From: Candidatus Methylomirabilales bacterium
Lineage (GTDB): Bacteria > Methylomirabilota > Methylomirabilia > Methylomirabilales > CSP1-5
DNA length: 64,000 bases
Reading direction: 5' to 3'
Assembly (NCBI GenBank): GCA_046758505.1
Contig: JBHIAH010000001.1
Span: forward strand, 32,001-96,000
The number at the start of each line of letters is the position of its first letter. The stretch's first letter is position 1. Below are positions 1-10,237 of this stretch, in pieces. The position numbers were made by a program, and so were the translations under genes. Below the pieces are notes generated by a model, which worked only from the letters and a program-made list of their open reading frames with translations, searched no databases and was not told where the DNA came from.

Positions 1-1015
1 GGGGGATCGGGATCATCATCACCCCCGCGGCCCGCCTCTCCCGCTCGAGCGACGCCACCCCGAGCCCCATCGTCTGCCGGAGGATCAGCTCCTCCAGGGA
101 GATCCCCGCGCCGAAGCGCAGCGTGCGGGAACATAACCCCCCGATGGAGCGGGGGGCAATCTCGAGGATCCACGCCCCCTCGTCGTTCACCCGGAGCTCC
201 GCATGGACCGGCCCGTGCTCGAGGCCGAGCGCCCTCACCGCCTCCGCCGTGCAGCCGACGATCGATTGCTGCACGGACGTCGGGAGGCGTGACGGCGTGA
301 CGTAGATCGTCTCCTCAAAGAAGGGACCCTCCAGGGGATCCGGCTTATCGAAGAGGGCCAGCACCCGGAGCTCGCCCTTGACGAGGAGTCCCTCGAGCGC
401 CACCTCCACCCCCGGAATGAAGGTTTCCACCAGGATCTGCCGCGCCAACGTACCCCCCTGGGCCGCCACCTCCGGCTGACGCAAGATACCAGCAACCCAC
501 TGAAATCCCGCACCGAACTGCGCGGGCGTGTCGGCGCGGATGACCCCGCGGCTTGCGGAGAGAAACAGGGGCTTGATCACGCAGGGGAAACTCACCCGGC
601 CGGCCACCTCGTCCGGATCCTCATCAATGGAGAAGCAGGCAAAGCGCGGTGAGGGGACGCCGGCCGCCGCCAGGACCTCCCGCATGCGGTGTTTGTTTCG
701 GGCGGCGGCGACCGCATCCACAGGGTTGTGGGGCAGTCCCAGCGCTGCCGCCGCCATCGCCGCCAGGATCGCGCCGTCATCATCGGCGGCGACCACGGCC
801 CGGATCGGGTACCGTTTGGCAAACTCAACGATGGCACACGTCGCCTCCTCCGGGGCCAGGAAGTCCAAAGTGAGACTTCCACCGGGATTCGCCGCCGACA
901 AGACCTGCGGGCGGTCGGATCCGACCACCACGGGCACGGCAAGCCGCCGCGCCGCCTCGAGGAATGCCCTCGCCTTGTACGTCGTGGTCGTCATGAGAAG
1001 CAGAATACGCTGCAT
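1..1015 (-). CDS. ATP-grasp domain protein (ligase-like), 3' end runs off the window
   Basis: Manual translation from ATG at 1015: MQRILLLMTTTTYKARAFLEAA...ARNKHRMRE...FPCVIKPLFLSASRGVIRAD...ILVETFIPGVEVALEG...VHAELR...ILEIAPRSIGG; these are ATP-grasp motifs. Missing from the ORF track because no stop codon falls in the window. Confidence 0.85.
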   Translation of the reverse strand, partial: MQRILLLMTTTTYKARAFLEAARRLAVPVVVGSDRPQVLSAANPGGSLTLDFLAPEEATCAIVEFAKRYPIRAVVAADDDGAILAAMAAAALGLPHNPVDAVAAARNKHRMREVLAAAGVPSPRFACFSIDEDPDEVAGRVSFPCVIKPLFLSASRGVIRADTPAQFGAGFQWVAGILRQPEVAAQGGTLARQILVETFIPGVEVALEGLLVKGELRVLALFDKPDPLEGPFFEETIYVTPSRLPTSVQQSIVGCTAEAVRALGLEHGPVHAELRVNDEGAWILEIAPRSIGGLCSRTLRFGAGISLEELILRQTMGLGVASLERERRAAGVMMIPIP

Positions 1016-1117
1016 CGATCCCAGCCCCTTTCACATCGCCGGGGCTCGCCACCGGAGTCCCCAACAGACAGGGCACCGCTTCTGCGCACATCGAATCGGG
1101 GCGGCCGGCCTCCCGGA

Positions 1118-2512
1118 TCAGGCGTTCTTCACGGCGCTCGCCAGCTTGACCAGAGAGTCCCTGGCATCCCCAAAGAGCATCATGGTCTTCTCATGGTAGA
1201 AGAGTTCATTCTCGATCCCGGCGAACCCGGGATTCATGCTTCGCTTCAGGACGATCACGTGGCCGGCCTTATCCACATCGAGGATCGGCATCCCGTAGAT
1301 CGGACTGTTGGGGGAGTTGCGAGCGGCCGGATTCACCACGTCGTTCGCGCCGACGACCAAGACCACATCCGTCCGTTCAAATTCGGCGTTAATGTCGTCC
1401 ATATCGTAGAGCTGCGGATAGGGGACATTGGCCTCCGCCAACAGCACATTCATGTGTCCCGGCATCCTGCCGGCCACGGGGTGAATGGCGTACTTGACGG
1501 TCACGCCTCTCTTTTCGAGGAGGTCGGCGAGATCCCGCACCTGATGCTGGGCCTGGGCGACGGCCAATCCATACCCCGGAGCGACGATGACCGAGCGGGC
1601 GTAGGCGAGCAGCACCGCCGCGTCATCCGCCGACGTCTCGCGCACCCCCCGGGCCGCGAGGGCACCCCCGCCGTCGCCCGCCGCTGTGGCAACCTGAGCC
1701 CCGAACCCGCCGAATAGGACATTGGCGAAAGACCGGTTCATCGCCCGGCACATGATCTGGGTGAGGATGATGCCCGAGGCGCCGACCAGTGCCCCGCTGA
1801 TGATCAGGCCGTGGTTTGAGATCACAAACCCGGTCGTGGCGGCCGCCAATCCCGAGTAGGAGTTGAGGAGGCAGATGACGACCGGCATGTCGGCCCCACC
1901 GATCGGAATCACGACGAGCACACCCAGGGCCAGGGCGATCGCGTTCATCCCGATGAACACGCCGGCATGGCCGGGCGAGATCACCAGGTAGGTCCCCATG
2001 CCGAAGACGGACAGAAAGAGGACCAGGTTGAGCAGGTGCTGGAACCGAAAGAGCACCGGCCGCCCAGAGATGATCTCCTGGAGCTTCCCGGCGGCGATGA
2101 TGCTCCCGGAGAGCGTCACCCCCCCGATGAGCGTGCTCGCATAGATGCTGACGGCCGTGTCCATCGTGAGGAGGGACCCGGGCTGCATGAGCCGATGCCA
2201 CGCCGCCGCCGCCACGAGCTGCGAGGCCCCGCCGCCAAAGCCGTTCAAGATCCCCACCATTTGCGGCATGGCGGTCATCTTGACCGCGCGGGCCATCCAG
2301 AGGCCGAGGAGCGACCCGACCACGCCCCCGACGACGATCCACTGGAAGCTCAAGATCTGCCGGTCAAAGAGGGTCGCGACGATCGCGATGAGCATGCCGA
2401 TTGCGGAGAGGAAATTCCCCCCGCGCGCCGTCGCCGGCGAGGCGAGACGCTTGAGGCCGACGATGAACAGGACGACGGCAACAAGATAGGCGAGTTCGAT
2501 GAAAGCACTCAT
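1118..2512 (-). CDS. pntB: NAD(P)+ transhydrogenase beta subunit
   Basis: Multiple TM helices, MPQMVGILNGFGG, GYGLAVAQAQ, HPVAGRMPGHMNVLLAEA, GANDVVNPAA. Confidence 0.97.
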   Translation of the reverse strand: MSAFIELAYLVAVVLFIVGLKRLASPATARGGNFLSAIGMLIAIVATLFDRQILSFQWIVVGGVVGSLLGLWMARAVKMTAMPQMVGILNGFGGGASQLVAAAAWHRLMQPGSLLTMDTAVSIYASTLIGGVTLSGSIIAAGKLQEIISGRPVLFRFQHLLNLVLFLSVFGMGTYLVISPGHAGVFIGMNAIALALGVLVVIPIGGADMPVVICLLNSYSGLAAATTGFVISNHGLIISGALVGASGIILTQIMCRAMNRSFANVLFGGFGAQVATAAGDGGGALAARGVRETSADDAAVLLAYARSVIVAPGYGLAVAQAQHQVRDLADLLEKRGVTVKYAIHPVAGRMPGHMNVLLAEANVPYPQLYDMDDINAEFERTDVVLVVGANDVVNPAARNSPNSPIYGMPILDVDKAGHVIVLKRSMNPGFAGIENELFYHEKTMMLFGDARDSLVKLASAVKNA

Positions 2513-2808
2513 TGCCGCTCGCCCTCCGGCTTCCGCTTGAACATCTGGAGCATCCGGTCAGTCACGACGTAGCCGCCGACCACGTTGATCATGGCGAACG
2601 CCACCGCAACGGTCCCGAAGACCGTGGCGAGCGTCGTCGCTCCCATCCCCGCCACGACCATCGAGCCGATGATCGTGATGCCGGAGACGGCGTTCGACCC
2701 AGACATGAGCGGCGTGTGCAGCGTGGCGGGGACCTTCGTAATGACCTCGAAGCCCACGAACATCGCGAGGACGAATATCACCAGGAGGATAACCAGGCCT
2801 TCGCTCAT
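2509..2808 (-). CDS. pntAb: NAD(P)+ transhydrogenase alpha subunit part 2 (membrane part)
   Basis: KVPATLHTPLMSGSNAVSG, INVVGGYVVTDRMLQMF; 4-bp overlaps with neighbours. Confidence 0.95.
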   Translation of the reverse strand: MSEGLVILLVIFVLAMFVGFEVITKVPATLHTPLMSGSNAVSGITIIGSMVVAGMGATTLATVFGTVAVAFAMINVVGGYVVTDRMLQMFKRKPEGERQ

Positions 2809-3932
2809 GGGTGTCTGACCCTCCCCTCGTGCGTGATACAGGTGTCATTCGTGATCGGGTCGTCGAAATCGAGTTGGAGCTTCGTGTCGCGCACCAGGTG
2901 GAGCAGGAAGCTCACGATATTCTTCGAATACATCTGACTGGCGTGCACGGGCATCGAGCTCGGGACATTAAGCGGCCCGTGGATGGTCACGCCGTGTGGG
3001 GTGGCCGTGCGGCCGGGCTCGGTCAGTTCGCAGTTGCCCCCCATCTCTGCCGCCAGGTCCACAATCACCGAACCCGCCTTCATATCCCGGACCATCTCCC
3101 GGGTGATGAGGATCGGGGCAGGTTTTCCCGGAATCAGCGCCGTGGTGATGACGATATCCGCCCCCTTCACATGCTGGTGAAGCAGCGCCTTCTCCCGGTC
3201 CTGCGACTCCCGGGAAAGCGCTCGTGCGTAACCGCCAGCATCTTCGGCCTCCTCGCCCGCAACATCCAGCTCAAGAAAGGTTGCCCCCAGGCTTTCCACT
3301 TGCTCCTTCACGGCAGGTCGGACGTCGTACGCCTGGACCATCGCCCCCAGCCGGCGCGTAGTGGCGATCGCCTGCAGGCCGGCCACACCCGCCCCCAGAA
3401 CGAGGACCTTGGCCGGTGGCACCGTGCCGGCGGCCGTGACCAGCATCGGGAAAAATTTCCCCAGCGAGCTGGCGGCGATCAGGGCGGCCTTGTACCCCGC
3501 GACCGTACCCTGCGATGACAGGACATCCATCTTCTGGGCCCGGGCGATGCGGGGAATGCAGTCCATGCTAAAGCTCGTGATCTTCCGCTCGGCCAACCGC
3601 TGTACCAGGTCGGGGTGGCTGGAAGGCTGGAGCATCGTAATCAGCGCCGCGCCTTCCTGCATCAGCTCCACCTCGTGCCGGCCCAGGGTCCCGTTCGCCA
3701 CGGGGGGTTGCACCTTGAGGACCACGTTCGCCTGACCCAGGAGGGCGCGCGCATCGGCAACGAGCGTGGCTCCGGCCTCTGCATAGCCGCGATCCGAAAA
3801 AGAGGCACTCGCGCCGGCCCCCGCCTCAACCAAGACCTCGGTCCCTTCTTTCACCAGCGGGCCCACGCCGTCGGGAACCAGGGCCACCCGGCTCTCGTTC
3901 GGCACGATTTCTTTGGGGACGCCGACCCTCAT
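2805..3932 (-). CDS. pntAa: NAD(P)+ transhydrogenase alpha subunit part 1
   Basis: GVPKE..ESRVAL, RIARAQKMDVLSSQ, GAGVAGLQAIAT, ITTALIPGKPAP, DLAAEMGGNCE. Confidence 0.96.
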   Translation of the reverse strand: MRVGVPKEIVPNESRVALVPDGVGPLVKEGTEVLVEAGAGASASFSDRGYAEAGATLVADARALLGQANVVLKVQPPVANGTLGRHEVELMQEGAALITMLQPSSHPDLVQRLAERKITSFSMDCIPRIARAQKMDVLSSQGTVAGYKAALIAASSLGKFFPMLVTAAGTVPPAKVLVLGAGVAGLQAIATTRRLGAMVQAYDVRPAVKEQVESLGATFLELDVAGEEAEDAGGYARALSRESQDREKALLHQHVKGADIVITTALIPGKPAPILITREMVRDMKAGSVIVDLAAEMGGNCELTEPGRTATPHGVTIHGPLNVPSSMPVHASQMYSKNIVSFLLHLVRDTKLQLDFDDPITNDTCITHEGRVRHP

Positions 3933-4098
3933 GCTCTCCTCCTTCTGAAGCTTCTATAAACGTAACATCAGACGCTATACGGTGCAACGGCGCTCCGCCG
4001 GGACGGGCACGGGGCGAAGGCGCCTCAAACCCTCTCAGCTCCGAAAATACGGGTGCCGTGACGATGCCTCAGACTCAAACCCGTTGTTTTTCCCAAGA

Positions 4099-5295
4099 CT
4101 AGTTGATGGCACCGGATTCACGTAGGCGGGCGATCTCGGAGGGATCGAGGCCCAGCCAGACCAACACCTCGTCGGTATGTTGGCCCAACAGGGGGGCGGG
4201 CCGGCGGATCTGTCCCGGGGTGAGGGAGAGCTTCACCGGGATCCCAATGTTGTTGATCTTTCCGGCCACCGGATGCTCCAGCTCCACGAGCATGCCCCTG
4301 TCCCGGACATGGGGGTCTCCGTAGACGTCGGCCATATTATAAATCGGTCCGGCCGGCACCCCGGCAGTCTCCAAACGGGCGAGCCACTCCGCCGTCTTCC
4401 GCTCATGAAAGACGGGCTGGAGAAGGGCACCGAGCTCCTGGTAATGCCGGACCCGATCGGCGTTGGTCCGGAAGCGCGGGTCCTCGAGCAGATCCCGCCG
4501 TCCCAGGACTCCGCAGAGCTTCTCCCAGGTGGACTGATTCGCGGCACCGATGCTGATGGCGCCGTCGGCCGTCTCGAAGACCTGGTAGGGCGCATTCAGG
4601 CGATGGGCAGAGCCCATGGGCCGGGGGATCTCTCCCGAGGCAAAGTAGATGGCAGATTCCCAGAACGTGTACGCCAAGGCCCCCTCCAGGAGGGAGGTAT
4701 CCACGTACTGTCCCTCCCCCGTCTTCAAGCGGTGGACATAGGCCGCCAGGACGCCGTAGGCTGCGTACATCCCCGCGCTGAGATCGGAGATAGGGACCCC
4801 CACTTTCGTGGGGGGGCCATCCGGGTGTCCGGTCACACTGATGAGGCCGCTCATCCCCTGGGCGACGAGATCGAAGCCACCGCGACCCCGGTACGGGCCG
4901 GTCCCGCCGAACCCGGAGACGGAGCAATAGATGATCGTGGGATTGATCTGTCGGAGGGCCTCGTAGTGGAAATCCAGGCTTTCCATGGTCCCCGGGCGGA
5001 AGTTCTCCACGAGGATGTCACTCCGCCGGGCGAGGCGTCGAAAGACATCGCGCCCCTCCTCCGATTTGAGATTCAGCACCACACTCCGTTTGTTGCGATT
5101 GATGGCCAGGAAGGCGGCCGATTCCCCATGTATAAAAGGCGGGCCCATGCCCCGGGTATCGTCCCCCCCCTGCGGCTTCTCCACCTTGATCACGTCCGCC
5201 CCCATGTCGGCCAGGAGGAGGGTGCAGAAGGGCCCCGCCATGATCTGGGTCACATCGAGGACCACTACTCCTTCGAGTGGCGTGCGTGCCGTCAT
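4099..5295 (-). CDS. CaiB/BaiF family (class III) CoA-transferase
   Basis: IMAGPFCTLLLADMGADVIKVE, NRNKRS, VENFRPG, GFDLVAQGMSG, PAPLLGQHT; ATG at 5295 follows CAGGAG. Confidence 0.93.
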   Translation of the reverse strand: MTARTPLEGVVVLDVTQIMAGPFCTLLLADMGADVIKVEKPQGGDDTRGMGPPFIHGESAAFLAINRNKRSVVLNLKSEEGRDVFRRLARRSDILVENFRPGTMESLDFHYEALRQINPTIIYCSVSGFGGTGPYRGRGGFDLVAQGMSGLISVTGHPDGPPTKVGVPISDLSAGMYAAYGVLAAYVHRLKTGEGQYVDTSLLEGALAYTFWESAIYFASGEIPRPMGSAHRLNAPYQVFETADGAISIGAANQSTWEKLCGVLGRRDLLEDPRFRTNADRVRHYQELGALLQPVFHERKTAEWLARLETAGVPAGPIYNMADVYGDPHVRDRGMLVELEHPVAGKINNIGIPVKLSLTPGQIRRPAPLLGQHTDEVLVWLGLDPSEIARLRESGAIN

Positions 5296-5324
5296 CCGAT
5301 TCTCCTGCACGCTCTGCGTGCGGG

Positions 5325-6113
5325 TTACCGCCCCCGAAACGCCGGCTTCCGTTTTTCCAGAAAGGCGCGGCGCCCCTCCTGGAAGTCCTCCGTGTCGAAG
5401 CAGGCAAAGGTAAGCTTAGCCTCTTCGGGGGTGAGGCGGTCGAGGCCGGGGTTCTGAAGAACCGTCTCCAGCATCTGCTTGTGCCAGCGATGGCTCAGCG
5501 GTGCGTAGCCTGCGATCTCAGCCGCCACCTTGTTGGTGTACTGTTCGATCTCGGCCAGCGGGACGAGGCGCGAGATCAACCCAATTCGGAGCGCCTCGTC
5601 GGCCTCGACCAGCCTCGCCGTAAAAAGGATATCCATGACCCGCCCGGAACCCACGAGCCGGACCAGCCGGGACATCTCTTGGTACCCCACCACGATGCCG
5701 AGCTTGGCGGTGGGAATCCCAAACCGGCTGTTGTCGGCGGCGATCCTGAGATCGGTCGCGGTGGCGAGCTCGAGCCCGCCCCCCACACAGAACCCGGCCA
5801 CCATGGCGATTGTCGGTTTGGGGAGATGGGCGATGGCCTCCAAGGCCTCTTCGACCGCCGCGTGATACTTCCTGGCCAGCGTCGAGTTCTTGCGTTGCTC
5901 CTCGAACTCGGCAATATCGGCCCCGGCGGAAAAGGCCTGCGTCCCGGCTCCCCGAAGGACCACCACCCGCACCTCGGGCTTGGCCCCAAGCTCTGCCATG
6001 AAAGCGCCGAGATGCTGCCACATCTCGTAGGTGACGGCATTGCGCTGCGCCGGTCGGTTAATGGTAATGGTGGCAATCCCGCTTTTGATGTCCAGCAAGA
6101 GCTCCTCACTCAT
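5325..6113 (-). CDS. Enoyl-CoA hydratase/isomerase family protein
   Basis: INRPAQRNA, AFSAGADI, GFCVGGGLELATATDLR, DFQEGRRAFLEKRKPAF. Confidence 0.93.
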   Translation of the reverse strand: MSEELLLDIKSGIATITINRPAQRNAVTYEMWQHLGAFMAELGAKPEVRVVVLRGAGTQAFSAGADIAEFEEQRKNSTLARKYHAAVEEALEAIAHLPKPTIAMVAGFCVGGGLELATATDLRIAADNSRFGIPTAKLGIVVGYQEMSRLVRLVGSGRVMDILFTARLVEADEALRIGLISRLVPLAEIEQYTNKVAAEIAGYAPLSHRWHKQMLETVLQNPGLDRLTPEEAKLTFACFDTEDFQEGRRAFLEKRKPAFRGR

Positions 6114-6250
6114 GGTTTCCCCTCTTCCCGAAATGATTCATCCGATGCTGGTGCCCTTTCCAAATCGCCGACCAGGGCACGTCCCCTTGCCCTCGGGGCC
6201 CCCTCCCGCTGCCCCGACAAAACGCTCGATGTATCTACGCCTGATCGTCA

Positions 6251-6279
6251 ACCTTACAAGATTGACAATACAATCGCAA
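6251..6279 (-). promoter_or_regulatory. Putative sigma-70 promoter with a palindrome in the spacer, upstream of the hydratase/CoA-transferase genes
   Basis: Minus strand TTGCGA-17 bp-TAAGGT; GATTG-N6-CAATC inverted repeat at 6260-6275; AT-rich patch in GC-rich DNA. Confidence 0.45.
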
Positions 6280-6321
6280 GCCGGACGAGAGCGAGAAGAG
6301 GCACCGGCCCCCACGCGGAGC

Positions 6322-7227
6322 CTAGATACCTGACCCCTCTCCCAGCCGCCGGAGCAGCGCTTGGGCCCGCCTGCGCAAGACCGATTCGGGGCGGTCTCCC
6401 TCCAGCCTGAGAACCACATCCAAGGCCCCCGTGGCGGCCTTCCTCAACTCTGCCGCGCGAAGAATGTCCGCGACATTGGCGAGCCACAGGGCCGAGTAGA
6501 ATAACAACCGACTGCGCCTGACCATTCCATGAAGGCGTGCCTTCTCCAACGGGGGCAGGTACTCCCGATCGACGGCCAGAGCGAAGGCGGCGAGGACCGC
6601 TCCATACTCCTCGGCCTCCTCGATATTCGCCGCCTGACTGGGAACGGGGACAATGCCGCCGCGCACGACTTCCAGACGGTCAACACCCCGCTGGACATAG
6701 CGCGGCAGATCGCGGACCCCCGCGTACAGAATGGCAACCGGGACCTCGCGTGAGAGCTTCGCGATGGTGTCGGTCTCCTGAGCCAGCCGTCCGGCCCACC
6801 GTCCGACCTTCTTGCGATAGACCCGGACATAGCTTCGCAGCGTCTCCCGCACCCCCTCGTCCGGTTCGGGTGCCTGCCGCAGCGGGAAGCCGAGAGAGGC
6901 CAGTTGGCTTCCGTAGGCGTCAAGAAGCCGGAGATGGGCCACGGTCTCGCCCAGGGCAATGATGCCGCGGAGGACCTTCGCCCTCTCCGACTGGTCCGCC
7001 GCCTCCCCGTTCCGATCGATCCCCCGAAGGGCGCGATACGCCCCCTCGAAATCCAGGGCCGTAAGCTTTGCGAGCCCCTCCTGAAGCCCCGGTCGGTTCG
7101 CAACCGCCGCCGGCCCACACCGGGCCCACGCCAGTTGCCATGCCACGACGACAATCATCGAGAAATAAATCGGCCGTGTCACGTGCCCCGTGACCTCCCC
7201 TGCCCACTTCTTCACGTTCACGACCAC
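6322..7227 (-). CDS. Hypothetical protein, possibly exported, helical; start uncertain
   Basis: 301-aa ORF directly downstream of dctM with a hydrophobic N-terminal stretch; no recognised motif. Confidence 0.55.
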   Translation of the reverse strand: MVVNVKKWAGEVTGHVTRPIYFSMIVVVAWQLAWARCGPAAVANRPGLQEGLAKLTALDFEGAYRALRGIDRNGEAADQSERAKVLRGIIALGETVAHLRLLDAYGSQLASLGFPLRQAPEPDEGVRETLRSYVRVYRKKVGRWAGRLAQETDTIAKLSREVPVAILYAGVRDLPRYVQRGVDRLEVVRGGIVPVPSQAANIEEAEEYGAVLAAFALAVDREYLPPLEKARLHGMVRRSRLLFYSALWLANVADILRAAELRKAATGALDVVLRLEGDRPESVLRRRAQALLRRLGEGSGI

Positions 7228-7238
7228 ACGCGAGGCCC

Positions 7239-8516
7239 CTACGAACCCATCAGGAGTCGCGGGAGAAATAGGCTCACCGCTGGCACATAGGTCACCAGGA
7301 TAAGCACCGCGAGGGCGAGGAAGATAAAGTAAATGGTCATCTTCATGATCTCCGCCACCGAAATCCCCGCAATGGAGCAGGTCGTGAGCAGGACCGAAGC
7401 CACCGGAGGCGTCTGCTGGCCGATTCCCAGGTTGATCGTGACGATCAGGCCAAAGTGCACCGGATCGATGCCGACCTGCCGCACCAGGGGCATGACGATC
7501 GGCACAATCATGATGATGGCGGCCGCGCTGTGCAAGAACATCCCCGCGAAGAGGAAAAAGATATTCATGAACATGAGGATGAGCAGCTTGTTATGGGTAA
7601 ACGCCAGGATCCCGGCGGCGATGCGCTGCGGAACCATCTCGGTGGTGAGATACCAGCCCAGGAGGGCCGAGCCGGCGACGATGAGCATCACGATTGCCGT
7701 CTGGACCGCTGCCTCGAGAAAGATCTCGGGTAGATCCCGGAGGCGGAGCTGCCGGTGGATGACGAAGCCAATGAACAGCGAGGTGACCACCGCCACCCCG
7801 GCAGACTCGGTGGCGGTAAACACGCCGCCGAAGATGCCTCCAATAATGACGACGGGGATTAACAGAGTCCAGACCGCTGCCTTGAAGGTCTTCCAGACTT
7901 TGGCGAGTGCAAAGGCCTCCTCCACGGGCCAGTTTCGCTTGCGAGCGAAATAATAGGAGAGCCCCATCATGGAAAACCCGGCAATCACCCCCGGAATGAC
8001 CCCAGCCATGAACATTCGGGCGATCGAAGTCTCGGCCATGACCGCATAAATGATCATGGGAATGCTGGGGGGAATGATGATGGCGATCGTGGCCGCGGCC
8101 GAGGTGAGTGCGGCCGCGAAATTCAACGGATAGCCCTTCTTCCGCATTGCGGGGATCAGGATCGAGCCCAACGCCGCCACATCGGCCACAGCCGAACCGG
8201 AGATCTCGGCGAAGAACATGGACGTGACGACGGTGACCATGGCGAGCCCCCCCCGGATAAAGCCAACCAGGGCGCTCGCAAGGTTGATGAGGCGCTCCGA
8301 AATTCCCGCAGAGTTCATGAGATTGCCGGTGAGGACGAAGAGGGGAATGGCGACCAGGGGAAAGTTATCTGCCCCGTTAAACATCCGCAAGGGGACCGTG
8401 AGCAGATCGAATCCGCGGAACACCATCGCGGCCATGGCCGTGAGGACCAGGGCAAAGCCAATGGGGACATTGAGGATGACGAAGAGAACGATGAGAATGA
8501 GAACTACATATTCCAT
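7239..8516 (-). CDS. dctM: TRAP transporter large permease
   Basis: FPLVAIPLFVLTGNLM, SGSAVAD, IIPPSIPMIIY, GVFTATES, GIDPVHFG, TPPV. Confidence 0.95.
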   Translation of the reverse strand: MEYVVLILIVLFVILNVPIGFALVLTAMAAMVFRGFDLLTVPLRMFNGADNFPLVAIPLFVLTGNLMNSAGISERLINLASALVGFIRGGLAMVTVVTSMFFAEISGSAVADVAALGSILIPAMRKKGYPLNFAAALTSAAATIAIIIPPSIPMIIYAVMAETSIARMFMAGVIPGVIAGFSMMGLSYYFARKRNWPVEEAFALAKVWKTFKAAVWTLLIPVVIIGGIFGGVFTATESAGVAVVTSLFIGFVIHRQLRLRDLPEIFLEAAVQTAIVMLIVAGSALLGWYLTTEMVPQRIAAGILAFTHNKLLILMFMNIFFLFAGMFLHSAAAIIMIVPIVMPLVRQVGIDPVHFGLIVTINLGIGQQTPPVASVLLTTCSIAGISVAEIMKMTIYFIFLALAVLILVTYVPAVSLFLPRLLMGS

Positions 8517-9001
8517 GGGCCTACCCCGGACACCTCCCCCCCTTTCAGCACATCCCTGATGTGGACCAGACAGATCACCAGCATCAGCACGCCACTGACT
8601 GGAAGGACGACATGGACGAATCCGATGGGAATCGGGAGGGTAATGGCCATCTCCCCCGCCAGCTCGAAGGTCAGTTCCCAGCCGTAATAGATCAGGACCA
8701 CCTGGAAAACAATGATGAGCAAGTAGACCAGAATGGTTACTGCCCGTTGCCAGATGAGCGGCAGGGCCTCGACGACGGTTTCAAATCCGATGTGGCGACG
8801 CCGGTGCAGCGCAACCACGCTCCCCAGGAAGGTGACCCAGACCAGCATGTACCCGACAAATTCATCGTACCAGGTGATCGGGGACAGGAAGACGTAACGG
8901 AGGACAACCTCGGCAAAAACCATGAGGGTCATCGCAGCCATCAGGATGATCAACAGGATCTCGGTCCCGCGAATGGCCCAGGCGTAGAGCCTTCCCGTCA
9001 T
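8504..9001 (-). CDS. dctQ: TRAP transporter small permease
   Basis: Four TM helices, VVLRY...W.DE...WVTFLG...HI; lies between dctP and dctM. Confidence 0.92.
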   Translation of the reverse strand: MTGRLYAWAIRGTEILLIILMAAMTLMVFAEVVLRYVFLSPITWYDEFVGYMLVWVTFLGSVVALHRRRHIGFETVVEALPLIWQRAVTILVYLLIIVFQVVLIYYGWELTFELAGEMAITLPIPIGFVHVVLPVSGVLMLVICLVHIRDVLKGGEVSGVGPWNM

Positions 9002-9023
9002 GTGCGGACCCCCCAGATGAAAT

Positions 9024-9058
9024 GGGGAGCGGGAGTATACTCCTTCCTCCCGCCCCCC
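9024..9058 (-). terminator. Hairpin between dctP and dctQ (attenuator or mRNA-stabilising stem)
   Basis: Minus strand GGGGGCGGGAG...CTCCCGCTCCCC followed by ATTTC. Confidence 0.45.
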
Positions 9059-9083
9059 GTGCCGTCAAGCGGTCACTACCCTG

Positions 9084-10100
9084 CTACCTTTTTGCCTTCA
9101 TGATCTGATCCAAGATCCACTTGCCCTCCGCCCCAAACTTCTTGGGATATTTATCGTACAGCGGCTGCGAGGCCTTTTCGAACGCCGCGCGATCGATCTT
9201 GTTCACTTTCATTCTCGCCTTCAGGCCCTTGAACAGCTCCCGATCCAGCTTGGCCCCTTTCCTCCGGGCATAGCGACCGGCCTCATGTGCGGCATTCCGG
9301 AGCACATACTGGATGTCCTCAGGCAGCCCCTCGAACCACTTCTTGTTCCCGATCAGGTACGCGGGGGTATACACGTGGTTCGAGATGGAGAGATACTTTT
9401 GGACCTCAGCAAATTTCGCCGACGAGATCTGGGCATAGGGGTTCTCCTGGCCGTCGATCACCCCCTGCTGCAGGGCCGAGTAGACCTCCTTGAAGCTCAT
9501 CGAGGTGGGGCTGGCGCCCAGGGTGCGGAACAGCTCCATCCGCGCCGGGCTCTTGGGGGTGCGGAGCTTGATCCCCTTCAGATCGGCCGGGGTCCGAATG
9601 GGCCGCTTGTTGTTCGTAATCTTCCGAAACCCGTTCTCCCAGTACCCCAGGATCACGTATCCCTTCTTTTCCAGCCGCTTGGCCAGCCGGGCCCCGACCC
9701 GCCCCTCCAGTACCCGTGCGACGTGCGCGCGGTTCTTGAAGAGAAACGGCAATTCCTGAAAGCCGAAGATGGGATCGGTGGCCGGAAGGACCGTGGAGGG
9801 GAGCGTCAGATGGGGATTGCCGCTCCCCAGCCGGACCGCCTGCATCATCTCCTTATCTTTGCCCAGCTGGCTCGAGTGAAACTCCTGGACCTCGACCGCC
9901 CCGTTGGTGCGCTCCTCGACCAGTTTCTTGAAGTACTGGGCAGTGTAATTAAAGAGCGACTTGGGATATCCCACGTGCCCGAGCTTGACGACGATCTTCT
10001 TCTCTGCGGCACGTGCCGTCACTGGCGCCAGCGCCACCGAGATCAGAAACAACGTCCCAGTGCACAGCGCGATTACCGATGCGCGTCCGATCCGTCTCAT
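9084..10100 (-). CDS. dctP: TRAP transporter substrate-binding protein
   Basis: Signal peptide, SQLG.DKEM, WENGFR, DLKGIKLRTP, EVYSALQQGVIDGQENP. Confidence 0.95.
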   Translation of the reverse strand: MRRIGRASVIALCTGTLFLISVALAPVTARAAEKKIVVKLGHVGYPKSLFNYTAQYFKKLVEERTNGAVEVQEFHSSQLGKDKEMMQAVRLGSGNPHLTLPSTVLPATDPIFGFQELPFLFKNRAHVARVLEGRVGARLAKRLEKKGYVILGYWENGFRKITNNKRPIRTPADLKGIKLRTPKSPARMELFRTLGASPTSMSFKEVYSALQQGVIDGQENPYAQISSAKFAEVQKYLSISNHVYTPAYLIGNKKWFEGLPEDIQYVLRNAAHEAGRYARRKGAKLDRELFKGLKARMKVNKIDRAAFEKASQPLYDKYPKKFGAEGKWILDQIMKAKR

Positions 10101-10237
10101 GATCCTCTCTCCTTTCTACAACAACGCCACCCACACCTAGATGCCGCCCGAATCCATCAACCGAGATACCACCTCCCCTCATCAAAAGGCCGCACCCCCG
10201 CCAGGAATGCGCGGGGCGGTCCCCTCCCCTCGACACC

